From: Octopus sinensis
Lineage: Eukaryota
Direction of reading: 5' to 3'
Assembly (NCBI RefSeq): GCF_006345805.1
Contig: NC_043003.1
Location: 92,132,001-92,196,000 of the forward strand
Length of the DNA stretch: 64,000 nucleotides
Under the pieces are notes generated by a model. The model ran no database searches. It was not told where the DNA came from and saw only the letters and a program-made list of their open reading frames with translations. The stretch's first letter is position 1, and each line of letters opens with the position of its first letter. Shown here in pieces: positions 28,277 to 41,099 of the stretch. Made by a program: the position numbers and the translations under genes.

Positions 28277-28572
28277 GCATTATATATGCATATATACTGC
28301 ATACACACTCACTCACTCATAACACTCACAAGCACGCACACATTCTTTTATTCTTTTATTTGTTTCAGTCATTTGACTAAGGCCATGCTGGAGTACCGAA
28401 TTTAGCCGAACAAATCGACCCCAGTACTTATTGTTTGTGAGCCTAGTACTTATTCTATCGGTCCCTTATGCCGAAATTCTAAGTTACGGGGGCGTAAATA
28501 CACCAGCATCGGTTGTCAGCTACCATCTTGTTTTAAGTTTTCCTTTACCAAACATCGTGATATTGCTTCTAA

Positions 28573-28987
28573 GGCGGCGAGCTGGCAGAGACGTTAGCGC
28601 GCCGGGCGAAATGCTTAGTGGTATTTCGTCTGCCGTTACGTTCAGAGTTCAAATTCCGCCGAGGTCGACTTGGCCTTTCATCCTTTCGGGGTCGATAAAT
28701 TAAGTACCAGTTACGCACTGGGGTCGATGTAATCGATTTAATACCTATGTCTGTCCTTGTTTGTCCCCTCTGTGTTTAGCCCCTTGTGGGTAATAAAGAA
28801 ATAGGTATTTCGTCTGCCGCTACGCTTTGAGTTCAAATTCCGCCGAAGTCGACTTTGCCTTTCATCCTTTCGGGGTCGATTAAATAAGTACCAGTCACGC
28901 ACTGGGGTCGATATAATCGACTTAATCCGTTTGTCTGTCCTTGTTTGTCCTCTCTGTGTTTAGCCCCTTGTGGGTAGTAAAGAAATA
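28573..28987 (+). mobile_element. SINE family B dimer (head plus two bodies) with 14-bp TSD
   Basis: GATATTGCTTCTAA at 28559-28572 and 28988-29001. Confidence 0.92.
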
Positions 28988-29510
28988 GATATTGCTTCTA
29001 ATAAATCATGATTTTTATGACTATACCAACTATGATGTCTGTCTGCACCCTCAGCCCTACCCCGAACAGATAATGCTCCCTCTGTTCTCTCATGCTTAGA
29101 TAAACAAGGATTTGATAAACTATTCTATAAATTAAAACTGACCCCATAAAAAGAAAAAAAATCAGTGACAGGCAGAGTCTGTAACAATGTATATCTTTTT
29201 GATAACTTATTAACTTCTATGCTGGAGTGGAGACAGCATGTTCTTTGTCTATCACCTTAACTTCTTGGAGATTTTAGGTATAATTATACTAATGTGTCGA
29301 TCTGTTCTAATTTAATTAAATTCTATGTAATTGATGTAATGATTGTTCAATTAAATGGAGTTGCATGAAACGATCGTACTGCATTACCTCTAGATATCCT
29401 TGTTGCCTATTTTGATTTTAATCACCTTACATTGAAATTGTATGGCTAATACCGTACTAAATCATGGTGCCTCAACTTAAGTACCATATTCATCTGAATG
29501 TAAATTTTTG

Positions 29511-29563
<53 letters not shown>

Positions 29564-29920
29564 TTCTCTTTCTCATATATATATATATGTATATATACAT
29601 ATATATACATATGTATAAATATATATGTGCACAATATATATGCATTTATATGTGTACACACACACTCACACACACACACACAAAATAATAATCTCTCGAA
29701 GTAATAATTCTGTAGCCGTTATTGTCAACTTTTCATTTTCAGGAATTTTCTTTTTTTTTTTTAGATATTCATTTATTACGTAGAGTTCAAAGAATGAATT
29801 AGAGAAGCAGAAAAATTAACATCACTTAATTAGCTGTGGAAAAAATTCCAAAATATCGGGGACATCATTTAAATCAACTCGCGAAGTATAGATATACATA
29901 CATACATACACACACACACG

Positions 29921-29952
<32 letters not shown>

Positions 29953-29970
29953 CACACACCACACACACAC

Positions 29971-30016
<46 letters not shown>

Positions 30017-30059
30017 CATACACACACACACACACGCACACACATACGTATATCTTTTA

Positions 30060-30235
30060 TCTTTTACTTGTTTCAGTCATTTGACTGCGGCCATGCTGGA
30101 GCACCGCCTTTAGTCGAGCAAATCGACCCCGGGACTTATTCTTTGTAAGCCCAGTACTTATTCTCTCGGTCTCTTTTGCCGAACCGCTAAGTGACGGGGA
30201 CGTAAACACACCAGCATCGGTTGTCAAGCAATGCT
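30060..30235 (-). mobile_element. SINE family A 3' part
   Basis: Reverse complement of 39295-39460. Confidence 0.8.
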
Positions 30236-30270
30236 TACATACACATACACATGTATGTATGTATATATAT

Positions 30271-30648
30271 TATTAACAACATATACTTAATGTATATGCC
30301 TTATGTATTTTCCGGTGGCTGTAATAGCGTGGTGGAGTATATACGCTCTTAAAGTGCCGGCTGGTAAAGGACTTCAGGGTGATAGGCAGGCGAAATAACT
30401 CTCTCTCAATCCCGTTTCAGAGTGATGGACATCGGTTGTTTCGCCATTTTTGTGGCTTGACAACATCATGTACCCGCCAGTGTTGAAGGTAAGTCACCTA
30501 GCCAGTCTGTGACTTATATGCTCATGGGGTATAAAACCATGTGCTGACCTACCCCAAAATTGCATACCTAAGAGAAAATTTACATATGAATTAAAGGCAG
30601 CTCTTCTAGAATAAATATTAATTACACATACTTAATGTATATGCTTAT
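30271..30648 (-). mobile_element. Terminally redundant ~345-bp non-coding unit with a hammerhead-like fold
   Basis: Direct repeats 30271-30304 and 30616-30648; fold at 30423-30468; TA arrays flank. Confidence 0.6.
30423..30468 (-). ncRNA. Type I hammerhead-like fold, U3:A8 core with A6U change
   Basis: tgatg TTGTCAA GCCA caaaaa TGGC GAAA CA accga TG TC catca. Confidence 0.6.
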
Positions 30649-30679
30649 ATATACATATATACATATATACATATACTAC

Positions 30680-30772
<93 letters not shown>

Positions 30773-30899
30773 GTATATGTATTTAAGGATATTATTGTTT
30801 GCAATAATATCAAGTGTATAGCATGCGTAAATAACCATCAAGGTAATATAAAGTGGCAGTGAAAATCTGTGGTTGTAGACATCTTCTGGCTGCGATTTT

Positions 30900-31110
30900 T
30901 AGCGTGCTGGAGCCACTTGTAGCATCCTTAATTATTAATACATATATATTATATACAGGCATGGAGCTTACAAAAATAATTTCAAGTGCAAACTTTGTCT
31001 ATTAGAAAAAATGTACATCTTATTCAAAGACAATAATTCTTTGAATCAAAGAAGCGAGCTAATGAACTTATGTAGGCACGCGGCTAAATTTAAAATGTCG
31101 AATATAAATA
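30900..31110 (+). mobile_element. PLE GIY-YIG C-terminal remnant (Naiad-type)
   Basis: FKCKLCLLEKMYILFKDNNSLNQRSELMNLCRHAAKF. Confidence 0.7.
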
Positions 31111-32344
31111 TACCATATGGATAGAGTATATATTTTGTATTTTTGATTTTTGAAATTTTGATTTTGACTCTTGAACGATGAGCGCTACAATGGATTTTGT
31201 TTTCCAAGCTATGCGGATCTTAATCCGTATAGCAAAGTCTTATGTTTCTACATATACATCAGAAAAAAACCTTCGACCCTGTTTTCAGGTTACTGTATTG
31301 TATAGGATTACCTTGATTATTTATATTACCTTGATTATTTATAAATGATCCAAAATAGGGTGTTATTTTATTTTATATGTCTTTCGTATATATTTTTATT
31401 AATGCACCCATTCTTTTAAAAAGCAATGTTTTTTTCAAAAAAAGCAATGTTGTCAAAATTAAAATGTTGATGTAAGTATGTGTATAGCCGAGGATATGTA
31501 TTTGTAAGCATGCGTATCTGTGTATGTGTAAGTGAGAGTATGTTTGTGCTTAAGCACACATATACACGACTGTATGTATGTATCCATACGAACTTGTTTG
31601 TATACTTGCCTCCATATATGCCAATAACGCCGTTACACAGATTGTATACATAATTTTTTCTTATTTCGTTTTTTTCCCCACCCCTCCTTCGTTCCTTTTT
31701 TCTCTCTCTTCCTTTCTTTCGTTCCCCCCCTTACTCAGTATATGAGAATCGCTACATACACGATTTTTAACTTGCGTGCGAGATGGTTTTGCGTGAATAT
31801 ATGTACACATGCATTTATGTGTATATTTAGATTTATATTCATACGTCTGTATATGTATGGCGTTGGCGCGCATCCTTTTTTGTATGTTGATATATATATG
31901 CACATTTTAATAAAAATATTGTATTGCAGTGTAATATTTATAACAGGTTTAATTCCTATGAATTAATTTATACTTTCTTCATTAATGTCAATATGTATTT
32001 TATTCAATGTAAGGTTTTTTCCTCGGATTTTATAATTTTTATAAGCTTTTTTATATATATATACATATATTTTTGACCTTTTTGTTATCGCTCGAAGATT
32101 GACCGTTTTTTTCTAAAGGGCCAATCAAACAAGTCCATTTTTTTAAAGGTGTAGCGTTTGTAAGAGTCTAGATTGAATTGATATATCGGTTCCATTCTAA
32201 CAAAAAACTGTTGATGAACGGCAACGAGAAACTCAGAGTAACAGATTTTGTTGAATTTTCTGCTGCTTAAAATAAAGCATATTACTCTACCACTGGTATT
32301 TGAGTACTCTTTTTTCCCTTGTTTCACATTTATGTGTTTACTCC

Positions 32345-32412
<68 letters not shown>

Positions 32413-32501
32413 TAAATAAATTTAGGGTAAAAATTGATATTTATCAATTAGAACCAGTGGTCTAGCATATTAAAGAAAGAATCCGAAGATTAAAATATTT
32501 A

Positions 32502-32799
32502 TATATACCAATTAAGGACTGTACACGAAAAGTGGACAGTCAACATGCTAGATATAGACGTCATACTTATGTACACATATATGGGACCATGCTGATGATG
32601 CTGCACTTTTCCTTGCGGAAAATAACAGCCGAACAAATTTAGTACAATGGGTAAATATTATTTCGTATATTTTTCACTTGTTTATTGCTTGTTTTGTTGA
32701 GTTTGATCTGAGAACATAAACTTTTGTGGGAAATGGCGATCTGAAACGTCTATATCTAGCATGTTGACTGTCCACTTTTCGTGTGCAGTCCTTAATTGG

Positions 32800-32805
<6 letters not shown>
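32502..32805. repeat. 60-bp inverted repeats enclosing ~185 bp, between TA arrays
   Basis: 32502-32561 is the reverse complement of 32746-32805. Confidence 0.8.
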
Positions 32806-32843
<38 letters not shown>

Positions 32844-32897
32844 ATATATATAACCTTCATAAACTTCTTATTTTGTCTATTTTCATAAAGCTTCCCG

Positions 32898-32939
<42 letters not shown>

Positions 32940-32949
32940 AAGCACGTAT

Positions 32950-33130
32950 AGGCGCAGGCGTTACCGTGTGGCAAGTGGTTCGCTTCCCAATTACACGGTT
33001 CCCGGTTTAGTTCCACTGTGTGGCACATTGGGTGAGTGTGTTCTAATATAGCTCTGGGCTGACTAAAGTCTTGTGGGTGGATTTGGTAGACGGAAACTGA
33101 AGGAAGCTCGTCGTACACACACACAGACAC
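32950..33130 (+). mobile_element. SINE family A 5' part
   Basis: ggcgcaggcg...gtagacggaaactgaaggaagc. Confidence 0.75.
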
Positions 33131-33439
33131 ACACACACACACATACTTATGTACACACAAATATAAATGATTTGGCTTATACTTTTTGCCTCCCAAAGTG
33201 TGAAATACATATTTATATTAGAAATGTTTTGAGACTGATATTTGTGCAGCTGTGTCTAAGTCTATGTAAATAGTAAAACTTTGGAATCCACATTGCAAGC
33301 GATTAATTACGAGATTTCTATATACTATCAGTAGTAATTTACATGTGTTGCATTCAGTCGAAACTGTTTTTATGTTGATATAGATTGTTGAATGGATGCG
33401 TGTTATGTTAGCATGTTAAATTTGAGTTACAAATTTTCA

Positions 33440-35787
33440 TAAAGTTTTGTTTCTCATATTGTTTTTAGTGATCTTAATGCAGAATTTTGTGCTGATTCCA
33501 AAAATGTGTTTAGTTTTTCTCTATCATCAACCGTTTGCGAGATATATAGAATTATGCCAATATACACATATCATCATACATCACGTATCATCATACATCA
33601 TACATACATCCACATCATACATGCATCATACATATCATCATACACCACATATCCATCATATACACATATCACACACCTGGCAACTGCCTGTCTAAACACA
33701 AGCTCTCACATCACTTGATCACAGTTTGTTGCATGACGTAACTCTTGCTGTAAAGCATTTTTCTATTCTACTAATAAATCATTCATTCCTAAAGTTTATA
33801 TTTTACCGCCATTATTCGTATAAAATTATTGAAAGGTTCAAGTGAAAAGGCAGTGTTGCCACCACCTTCTGCTATACACAACAGACACAACAGAAGCCTC
33901 AGTGGTCTCGTGGCTACCACAGCTGGTGAAAGGAAGCTTAGAAGTACAAAAAAGCAATGCCTTTGGCTGTTCCGCGAGTTTGGCGAGAGCCAAAAAAGAA
34001 TCACGATGATTGCTATTTTTGCATGGTTAATATATCAAAGTACAGAAGAGTTAAGGGAAGAAAACCCCTTCTGTATCCCAGCATTCAATCTTCCATTGCA
34101 CATATGCCACATGATGATGACTTACCGGTTCCACAGCAGCCAGAAAATGTTAGTACATCCTATCATAGTAACAAATTTAAATTTAATTCATGATAACAGA
34201 GTCACTATTGAAATAATATATGATTACACATAAAAATCTTATTAAGATTTCAACTATTAAACGCAACCTTTAAAATTTTTCAGGCAGAGGATATGATGGA
34301 GGTTTTAGCAGGAGAGTCTGAAGGTGACGATAACAAAGATATGGATGAAACATTTGAGCTAGTAATAAGTACCTGCCTACACTTTCCAAATCAACATGAA
34401 CTGGATATTTTCTTTAGGGACTTGGGTCTCACCAAGAGCTTTTAGCATCCAGGCTGAATGAAAGGAATCTCTTGGGGAAGGACTGCAGATTAACAGTATA
34501 CAGGAGGTGCCATGGAGAATTCGAAGTATACTTTTGACATAAGTGAGGATATCTGCTTCTGCAAAAATATAAATGGCTTGTTTACAGCTATTGGAATTTA
34601 TCAGAACCTTGAAAAATGGCGATGTTTCATAGATAGCTCAACAAAATCCTCAAGGCCGCTTTATTACACAATGGAACCAGCATCCATGCCTGCCTATTGT
34701 ATACTCGGTACATATGAAAGAAGAATATTACAATGTAAAAGAGCTTCTTGAGAAAGTAAACTATGATAAATTTAAATGGGATGTTTGTGGTGACTTTAAA
34801 ATGCTTGTCTTCTTACTTTGATTACAAGGTGGGTACACTACGTATTCGTGTTTTCTTTACCTATGGGACAGTAGGGCAGATCATGAACATTTCCAGAAGC
34901 TGAGTGGCTCCCATGAGATGACATCTAGTCAGAAAAGCTAAATGTTATAAGACAACCTCTTGGAGAGCCTGCAAAAGTATCGTTACCTCCACTTTACATA
35001 AAGCTGGGTTTGGTCAAACAGTTTGTAAAGGTTTTAGATCGCGGTGGAGAAGCCTTTCAAGAAATTCATCTATTCTTTCCAAAGCTATCTGAAGCAAACG
35101 TTAAGGGTGGTATATTTACTGGATCACAAATAAGGAAAATGCTGAGTGATCTAGAAAGAGAGGCATGGTGTGCATTTCGATATATTGTCAATGGATTTCC
35201 TGGTAATAACAAAGACTCAAACTACAAGCAGCTCGTAGCAAAATTTATTGAGAGTTATACGAATTTAGGCTGGAGAATGTCATTAAAGGTATACTTTTTG
35301 CATTCGCATTTAGACTTTTTTCGTGAAAACTTAGGTCAGATGAGTGAGGAACATGGTGAGAGATTCCATCAAGATATTGATACAATGGAGAAAAGATATC
35401 AAGGAAGATGGGACACTGCAATGATGGGGGACTATAAATGGTCATTGGTGCGTACAGATATAGGAGATCACAGTAGGCGAGGACGATCTTCGGTGCATTT
35501 CTTGTAAAATCTTATTATGATCTCATCATAGTTTTGCTTATATTTCTCATTAGTCTAATAATAATATTAGGACAAAATATTTTTAGTTCTTATTAATGAA
35601 CAATGTGAATAAGTTGAATAAAGTACTATCGCAGCTAAATTGTGTTCCCATTCTCTAGAAAACCGCAGTTATCTCCTAAAATATCAATGTTATGCAATTT
35701 TCAAGGTTAGTTTTGAAATCAGGAGAAAAAATTACTTTGGAAACATTAAAAACATTTAGAGAAGAGAGGCTTCAGTTACCCAGTGTT
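33440..35787 (+). mobile_element. Decayed Chapaev3-like DNA transposon with a probable intron at 34149-34283
   Basis: AVPRVWREP..DDCYFC, LPPLYIKLGLVKQFVK, MSLKVYFLHSHLDFF, SEEHGERFHQDI..MEKRYQGRW; ends in ...CCCAGTG; left boundary uncertain. Confidence 0.8.
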
Positions 35788-36319
35788 ATCGTCATTTTTG
35801 TTACATTTATAACACTTAAGGTTTTACTTTACAATGTTTTACAATCAAGAAGTAATTGTCAGAGAAAGAGAGGAACAAGATCGTTAGTAGTAACTCGAAT
35901 AAGTTTTTGGTGTAGAAATTGAGGGATGAATATCGTTTTATCAAATTTGAAACTGAAAATACCCACAGCTTCCAGTTCTAATAAGTCAAATGTCCTCAGA
36001 AAGTTGAAAATATTAGTTGTTTCTTTATGTGTTTTGTTCAGAAATTCTCGAAAGTTCTGGCAGCAACTTTAGGCGCGGAAATTTAAATTTTCCTTTGGGC
36101 TAGTATGTCTACCACAAGCTGACATCACAGATACTTGGCTGAGAATTGACATATATCGTATTGTTGTACACACAAACACAAACACACTAACTCTCACTCC
36201 CTCTCACCTACACACACAGCACGCACACACACATACATATTTGCACATACATATGAAAGTATGTATGTATGTATGTAATGTATGTATGTATGTATGTATG
36301 TTGTATGTATGTATGTATG

Positions 36320-36394
<75 letters not shown>

Positions 36395-36413
36395 GAGAGA
36401 GAGAGAGAGAGAG

Positions 36414-36812
36414 AGCAATAATAAATCTCTGAACGAGATGTAATCAGTAACCGCTCCACAACGTAAAGTATAATAGCCATCTCAATATGGCTAACAACTA
36501 AGGGTGGGTGTTACTGTAGCTTTTAGCCCCAGGAGATCATCGTCTCCAGCTGGCTTTAGGCACACTATCTGTGCCCTTATGGTATTTGCAAAGGGAGGTC
36601 ATCCCTCTCTTGTAAGCCAAGGTGATACGCACGGACCGCAGTTTCGAGGTAGTTGCCTCTTGTCAACGGGCGGTAATCACCGGTTTACGATGAAAAGGAA
36701 GACCTTGTATGCAAATACTTAAGTGTTTTTCTAGTAACTTCCGTCACTGATTTCGAAAAACTGTCTGCAAGCAACAATAAATCTCTGAACGAGATGTAAA
36801 CATTAACCGCTC
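36414..36812 (-). mobile_element. Terminally redundant ~356-bp retrozyme-like unit
   Basis: 43-bp direct repeats at 36414-36456 and 36770-36812; internal hammerhead; diverged relative near 21095-21230. Confidence 0.7.
36621..36681 (-). ncRNA. Type I hammerhead, U3:A8 core variant
   Basis: ggtgat tac cgcccg TTGACAA GAGG caacta CCTC GAAA ctgcgg TC cgtgcg t atcacc. Confidence 0.75.
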
Positions 36813-37012
36813 GATATATAGATATAGATATAAACCATAAAAGTCAGGAGGCATGAGAGATAAATATATTTATCTAGCACGTAACACCCTCAGGAATATG
36901 GAAGTTTCGCATCCATCATATACACAACATATAAATACACAAATACAAATATATACATGCATTTATATATGGATATATATGCACATATATAGGCACATAC
37001 ACACACACACAC

Positions 37013-37047
<35 letters not shown>

Positions 37048-37198
37048 TATATATATGCTAGCTTAGATATGTATAGATTATATATATACGTGGACATGAA
37101 GCATAAGCACACAGACCAATATGTATGTAAGTATGTATGTATGTGCTCGTGTGCCTGTGTAAAAAAGCATGTACAAACACAAAGCTATGAGAAATTCT

Positions 37199-37241
<43 letters not shown>

Positions 37242-37469
37242 AATCAATATAAGGGTAGCAAAAAAATTCAAGAAAAATTCAAGAAAAATTTTCTGCAACC
37301 AGCGGATTACGTAAAAATGTTGAAACTATGCATGGTACAAAGTTGAAGGGGATAAATGTTTTTATTTCTCCTTTAGTTTCAGAATTACTACTATTTGCGT
37401 TTTGAGTTTAGCTGCTCTTTCAAGTGAGTTGAACGGCCTGTCAGGGTCATTCCTTAATGACTATTGTTG

Positions 37470-37499
<30 letters not shown>

Positions 37500-37502
<3 letters not shown>

Positions 37503-37730
37503 CTTTATTGCCCACAGGGGGCTAAACATAGAGGGGACAAATAAGGACAGACAACGGGATTAAGTGGATTACATCGACCTCCATGTGTAACTGGTACTTA
37601 TTTAATCGACCCCGAAAGGATGAAAGGCAAAGTCAACCTTGGCGGAATTTGAACTCAGAACGTAACGGCAGACGAAATACCACTAAGCATTTCGCCTGGC
37701 GTGCTAACGATTCTGCCAGCTCACCGCCCT
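37500..37730 (-). mobile_element. SINE family B monomer
   Basis: Reverse complement of 59603-59833. Confidence 0.85.
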
Positions 37731-38386
37731 ATGAGAATTTCTGGTATATATGGTATATATATATATATATATATATATATTAATAGTATATTATTGTTAT
37801 ATATTACAACTACTACTATATATATGCATATATATATGTATATATATATATATATATTACGCATTACTGTTATATAAATTATTGGTATAAACATGCAGCA
37901 TCCGAACATAAACCCACATTTAATCTAAAACACTTCAAATAAAAAATAAAACTGAATTAAACATAATTTACTTCCACACGCAGAAATTCTTGTCATAATA
38001 TTTAAGAATAACATTTGGATGTTATGAATGGTTATATTTAGTCTATTTTTTGCGAAATATAATGATGTTATCCGTAAATTCTTTTGGTTTTAGAGCTCAA
38101 ACATTTAGGTTCGAGACTCAAGGAATGCCAACAGCTACAAGATCATCAGCATGACAAGAAATAAGATCAGATCAAGGTGAAATGTGGCATTTAGCACATT
38201 TCCAGGTTATGGCCCACCAACCCTTCCAATTCTCTCGATCATCATAACTGTATTATATACAGGCCATTCTTTAAATAGCTATCATAGCAGTAAGCAATAC
38301 AAGTATTTATTTGCCTATAATGAGGACAATAAGAAAAAGAAAAATGCAAAATTTCAACACATTCTAGATAACGCAGTAATTTACTT

Positions 38387-38680
38387 GCGGCGAGTCGCAG
38401 TATAGCGGTGAGTCGCAGTATAGCGGTGAGTCGCAGTATAGCGGTGAGTCGCAGTATAGCGGTGAGTTGCAGTATAGCGGTGAGTCGCAGTATAGCGGTG
38501 AGTCGCAGTATAGCGGTGAGTCGCAGTATAGCGGTGCAGTATAGCGTATAGCGGTGAGTCGCAGTATAGCGGTGAGTCGCAGTATAGCGGTGAGTCGCAG
38601 TATAGCGGTGAGTCGCAGTATAGCGGTGAGTTGCAGTATAGCGGTGAGTCGCAGTATAGCGGTGAGTCGCAGTATAGCGC
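38387..38680. repeat. 18-bp GC-rich minisatellite (GCGGTGAGTCGCAGTATA)n, about 16 copies
   Basis: Direct reading. Confidence 0.95.
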
Positions 38681-38760
38681 TGCCAGTCACCATGCGGGGG
38701 CTGGAATAGCATAAGAGAGGTAATCTTTTAATTCAGCTAGCAGTGTCGTTTGCTTGGTGT

Positions 38761-38808
38761 CTGTGATCGATGAGGAGACAACTACTCCGAAATGTTAACA
38801 TCTCACAG
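38761..38808 (+). ncRNA. Type I hammerhead-like fold, core UCGAUGA
   Basis: ctgtga TCGATGA GGAG acaacta CTCC GAAA tgttaaca TC tcacag; perfect stems, palindromic stem III ATGTTAACAT. Confidence 0.7.
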
Positions 38809-39056
38809 CTGATCTAGGTGTATGCACACTGTTTGTCAACGAGCGAGATATATTCTCCGTGACAAAACGCAGTGAGTAGCTTGTTCCCTACTTCGAACGT
38901 GCATCAGACTCATTCGGACTGATAATAACATTGTAATTTCACTTATCACTGCTTAGCGATCCCACTCTGTAATTTACTTTTATGTAGTCTGTTAGTCTAC
39001 TAGAAACAACAGTGCGCTCTCTGATATGGATCTCTAACTGTTTCAGGAGTGGTTAT

Positions 39057-39480
39057 AGGCGCAGGAGTGACTGTGTGGTAAGTAGTTTGCTTGCCAACCA
39101 CATGGTTCCGGGTTCAGTTCCACTGCGTGGCACCTTCGGCAAGTATCTTCTACTATAGCCTCGGGCCGACCAAAGCCTTGTGAGTGGATTTGGTTGACGG
39201 AAACTGAAAGAAGCCCGTCCGTATATATGTATGTATATATATATATATGTATGTGTGTGTATATATTTGTGTGTCTGTGTTTGTCTCCCCAACATCGCTT
39301 GACAACCGATGTTGGCGTGTTTACGTTCCCGTAATTTAGCGGTTTGGCAAAAGAGACCGATAGAATAAGTACTATGATTACAAAGAATAAGTCCTGGGGT
39401 CGATTTGCTCGACTAAAGGCGGTGCTCCAGCATGGCCGCAGTCAAATGACTGAAACAAATAAAAGAATAAAAGAGTAAAA
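39057..39480 (+). mobile_element. tRNA-derived SINE family A, full length
   Basis: tRNA-like head (ggttccgggttcagttcc), ccttcggcaagt core, internal TA/TG microsatellite, A-rich tail. Confidence 0.85.
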
Positions 39481-40251
39481 GAGTTCCACTCCTTTACTTT
39501 TACTAACATTTTCAGTACCTCTGTGTAGAATTCACCGCCCATTTTTAATGTACATGCACATAATATTAGGTCAGTGTAATTTAGTTTTAGCTACTAATTT
39601 GAGGCTGGTAACTACTTACCAAGCACCACTCTACTATAACTGAATACTATAAGAATAAGTGGTATATATTCGGTTTTTGCTTACTTATTCACATTTCATC
39701 GTCTCTTATTATTGATGTTGTTGTCATTGTTATTAACCTTGTTGTGATTGTGATTAACGAGCTTGCTTTCCAACCATGTGATCTTAAGACTACTCGTCAA
39801 AAAAAAAAAGTTCCATATTTAAAAATAAGTACTGGGGTCAATTTGTTCAACTAAACCCATTAAAGGCGGTGCCCCAGCATCGCCGAAATTCAATCACTGA
39901 AATAGGTAAAAGATAAAAAGCTAGATGCTATTGTCACAGCTGGAATGCTTTTAATCATAGATTTGCTTGATCAATCACAAGAACATTAATAGTAAAACCA
40001 CAACAACAACAGCAGCAGCAGCAGCAACAACAACAAAAACAGCAGCAGGAACTTCATCGCCACCATCAACATCAACGATGCAATTGAAATGCCTACATTC
40101 TTTTGCAGGAACGTTTAGTAAAAAGCCTCCTGGTGTTAGAAATGGCATTTGCCATAGTACTAATTATTTACAGTGACTTTTATTGGCAGTAATCAAACAT
40201 TTTCTGCAGTTATTTATTATTTATTATTTTCATTCCGCAATAGGTTGCATG

Positions 40252-40500
40252 GTGGAGGCACGTGGCTTAGTGGTAAGGGTGTCAGCATCATGATCGTAAG
40301 ATTGTGGTTTCGATTCCTGGGCCGGGCAACGCGTTGTGTTCTTGAGCAAAACACTTCATTTCGCGTTGCTGCAGTCCACTCCGCTGGCAAAAATGAGTAA
40401 CGCTGCGATGGACTGGTGTCCCGTCCAGCTGGGGAACACATACGCTATTGAAACCGGGAAACCGGGCTCATAGCCCGGCTAGGTTTTAAAAGGGCGCATT
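40252..40500 (+). mobile_element. tRNA-derived SINE family C (V-like core)
   Basis: A box tggcttagtgg, B box gtttcgattcc, tgtgttcttgagcaaaacactt core. Confidence 0.8.
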
Positions 40501-41099
40501 TATTTATTTATTTTTTATAGGTTGCATGAAATATTTAAATATGGGTTTGTAATGTACAAACACACACACACCCACACACACATACACACCCTCCTTATCT
40601 CTTCCTCATATCTTTCCCCCTCTCACTCCCTAAGGATTATCCCATTGAGGCGCTAGAGCAAACGTAGAAGCCTCTACGTGGTCACTCAGCTTACTAAAAA
40701 TAAGTTGTCAAATTTTCCTCAAATCACACCCTACCGAATTAAAACAAAGACACATTTGATAATATAGTCCTAAATGATGTTCCTAAAATTGATGGGGTAT
40801 TCATGGTTGGATTACCTTTCGTCATTGTTTTGCTCAAAAGAGGCTGGACGCTACTCAACAAAGCAATACTGAAGCACTTATGTCAGTTCGAGCCCCGCCC
40901 CACAAAATATATGCATCTTTGTTTTTTGAAATGTTTCACATTGTTAAAATACAGAAACTTCTATGTTAAATCTAAGTTGAACCAACAAGTTTACTTTCAT
41001 TGTCCAATCATAAAGTAAATGACACATCGTTATCCAGTGTGGTTTGTTGAGTAATAAATACCTGGAGACACCGTATACACTGGCTGTTAGGGCTTAATT

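Noticed and set aside
32586-32630. CTGATGA...GAAA at 32592
   Set aside because: No stem I, stem III or proper UH site
38387-38680. CRISPR-like array
   Set aside because: Contiguous 18-bp units with no spacers, eukaryotic context, no cas genes
40252-40325. tRNA genes at SINE heads (also 41420, 39057, 59603)
   Set aside because: A/B boxes run into SINE cores and tails, copies are dispersed and diverged, and no complete cloverleaf is evident
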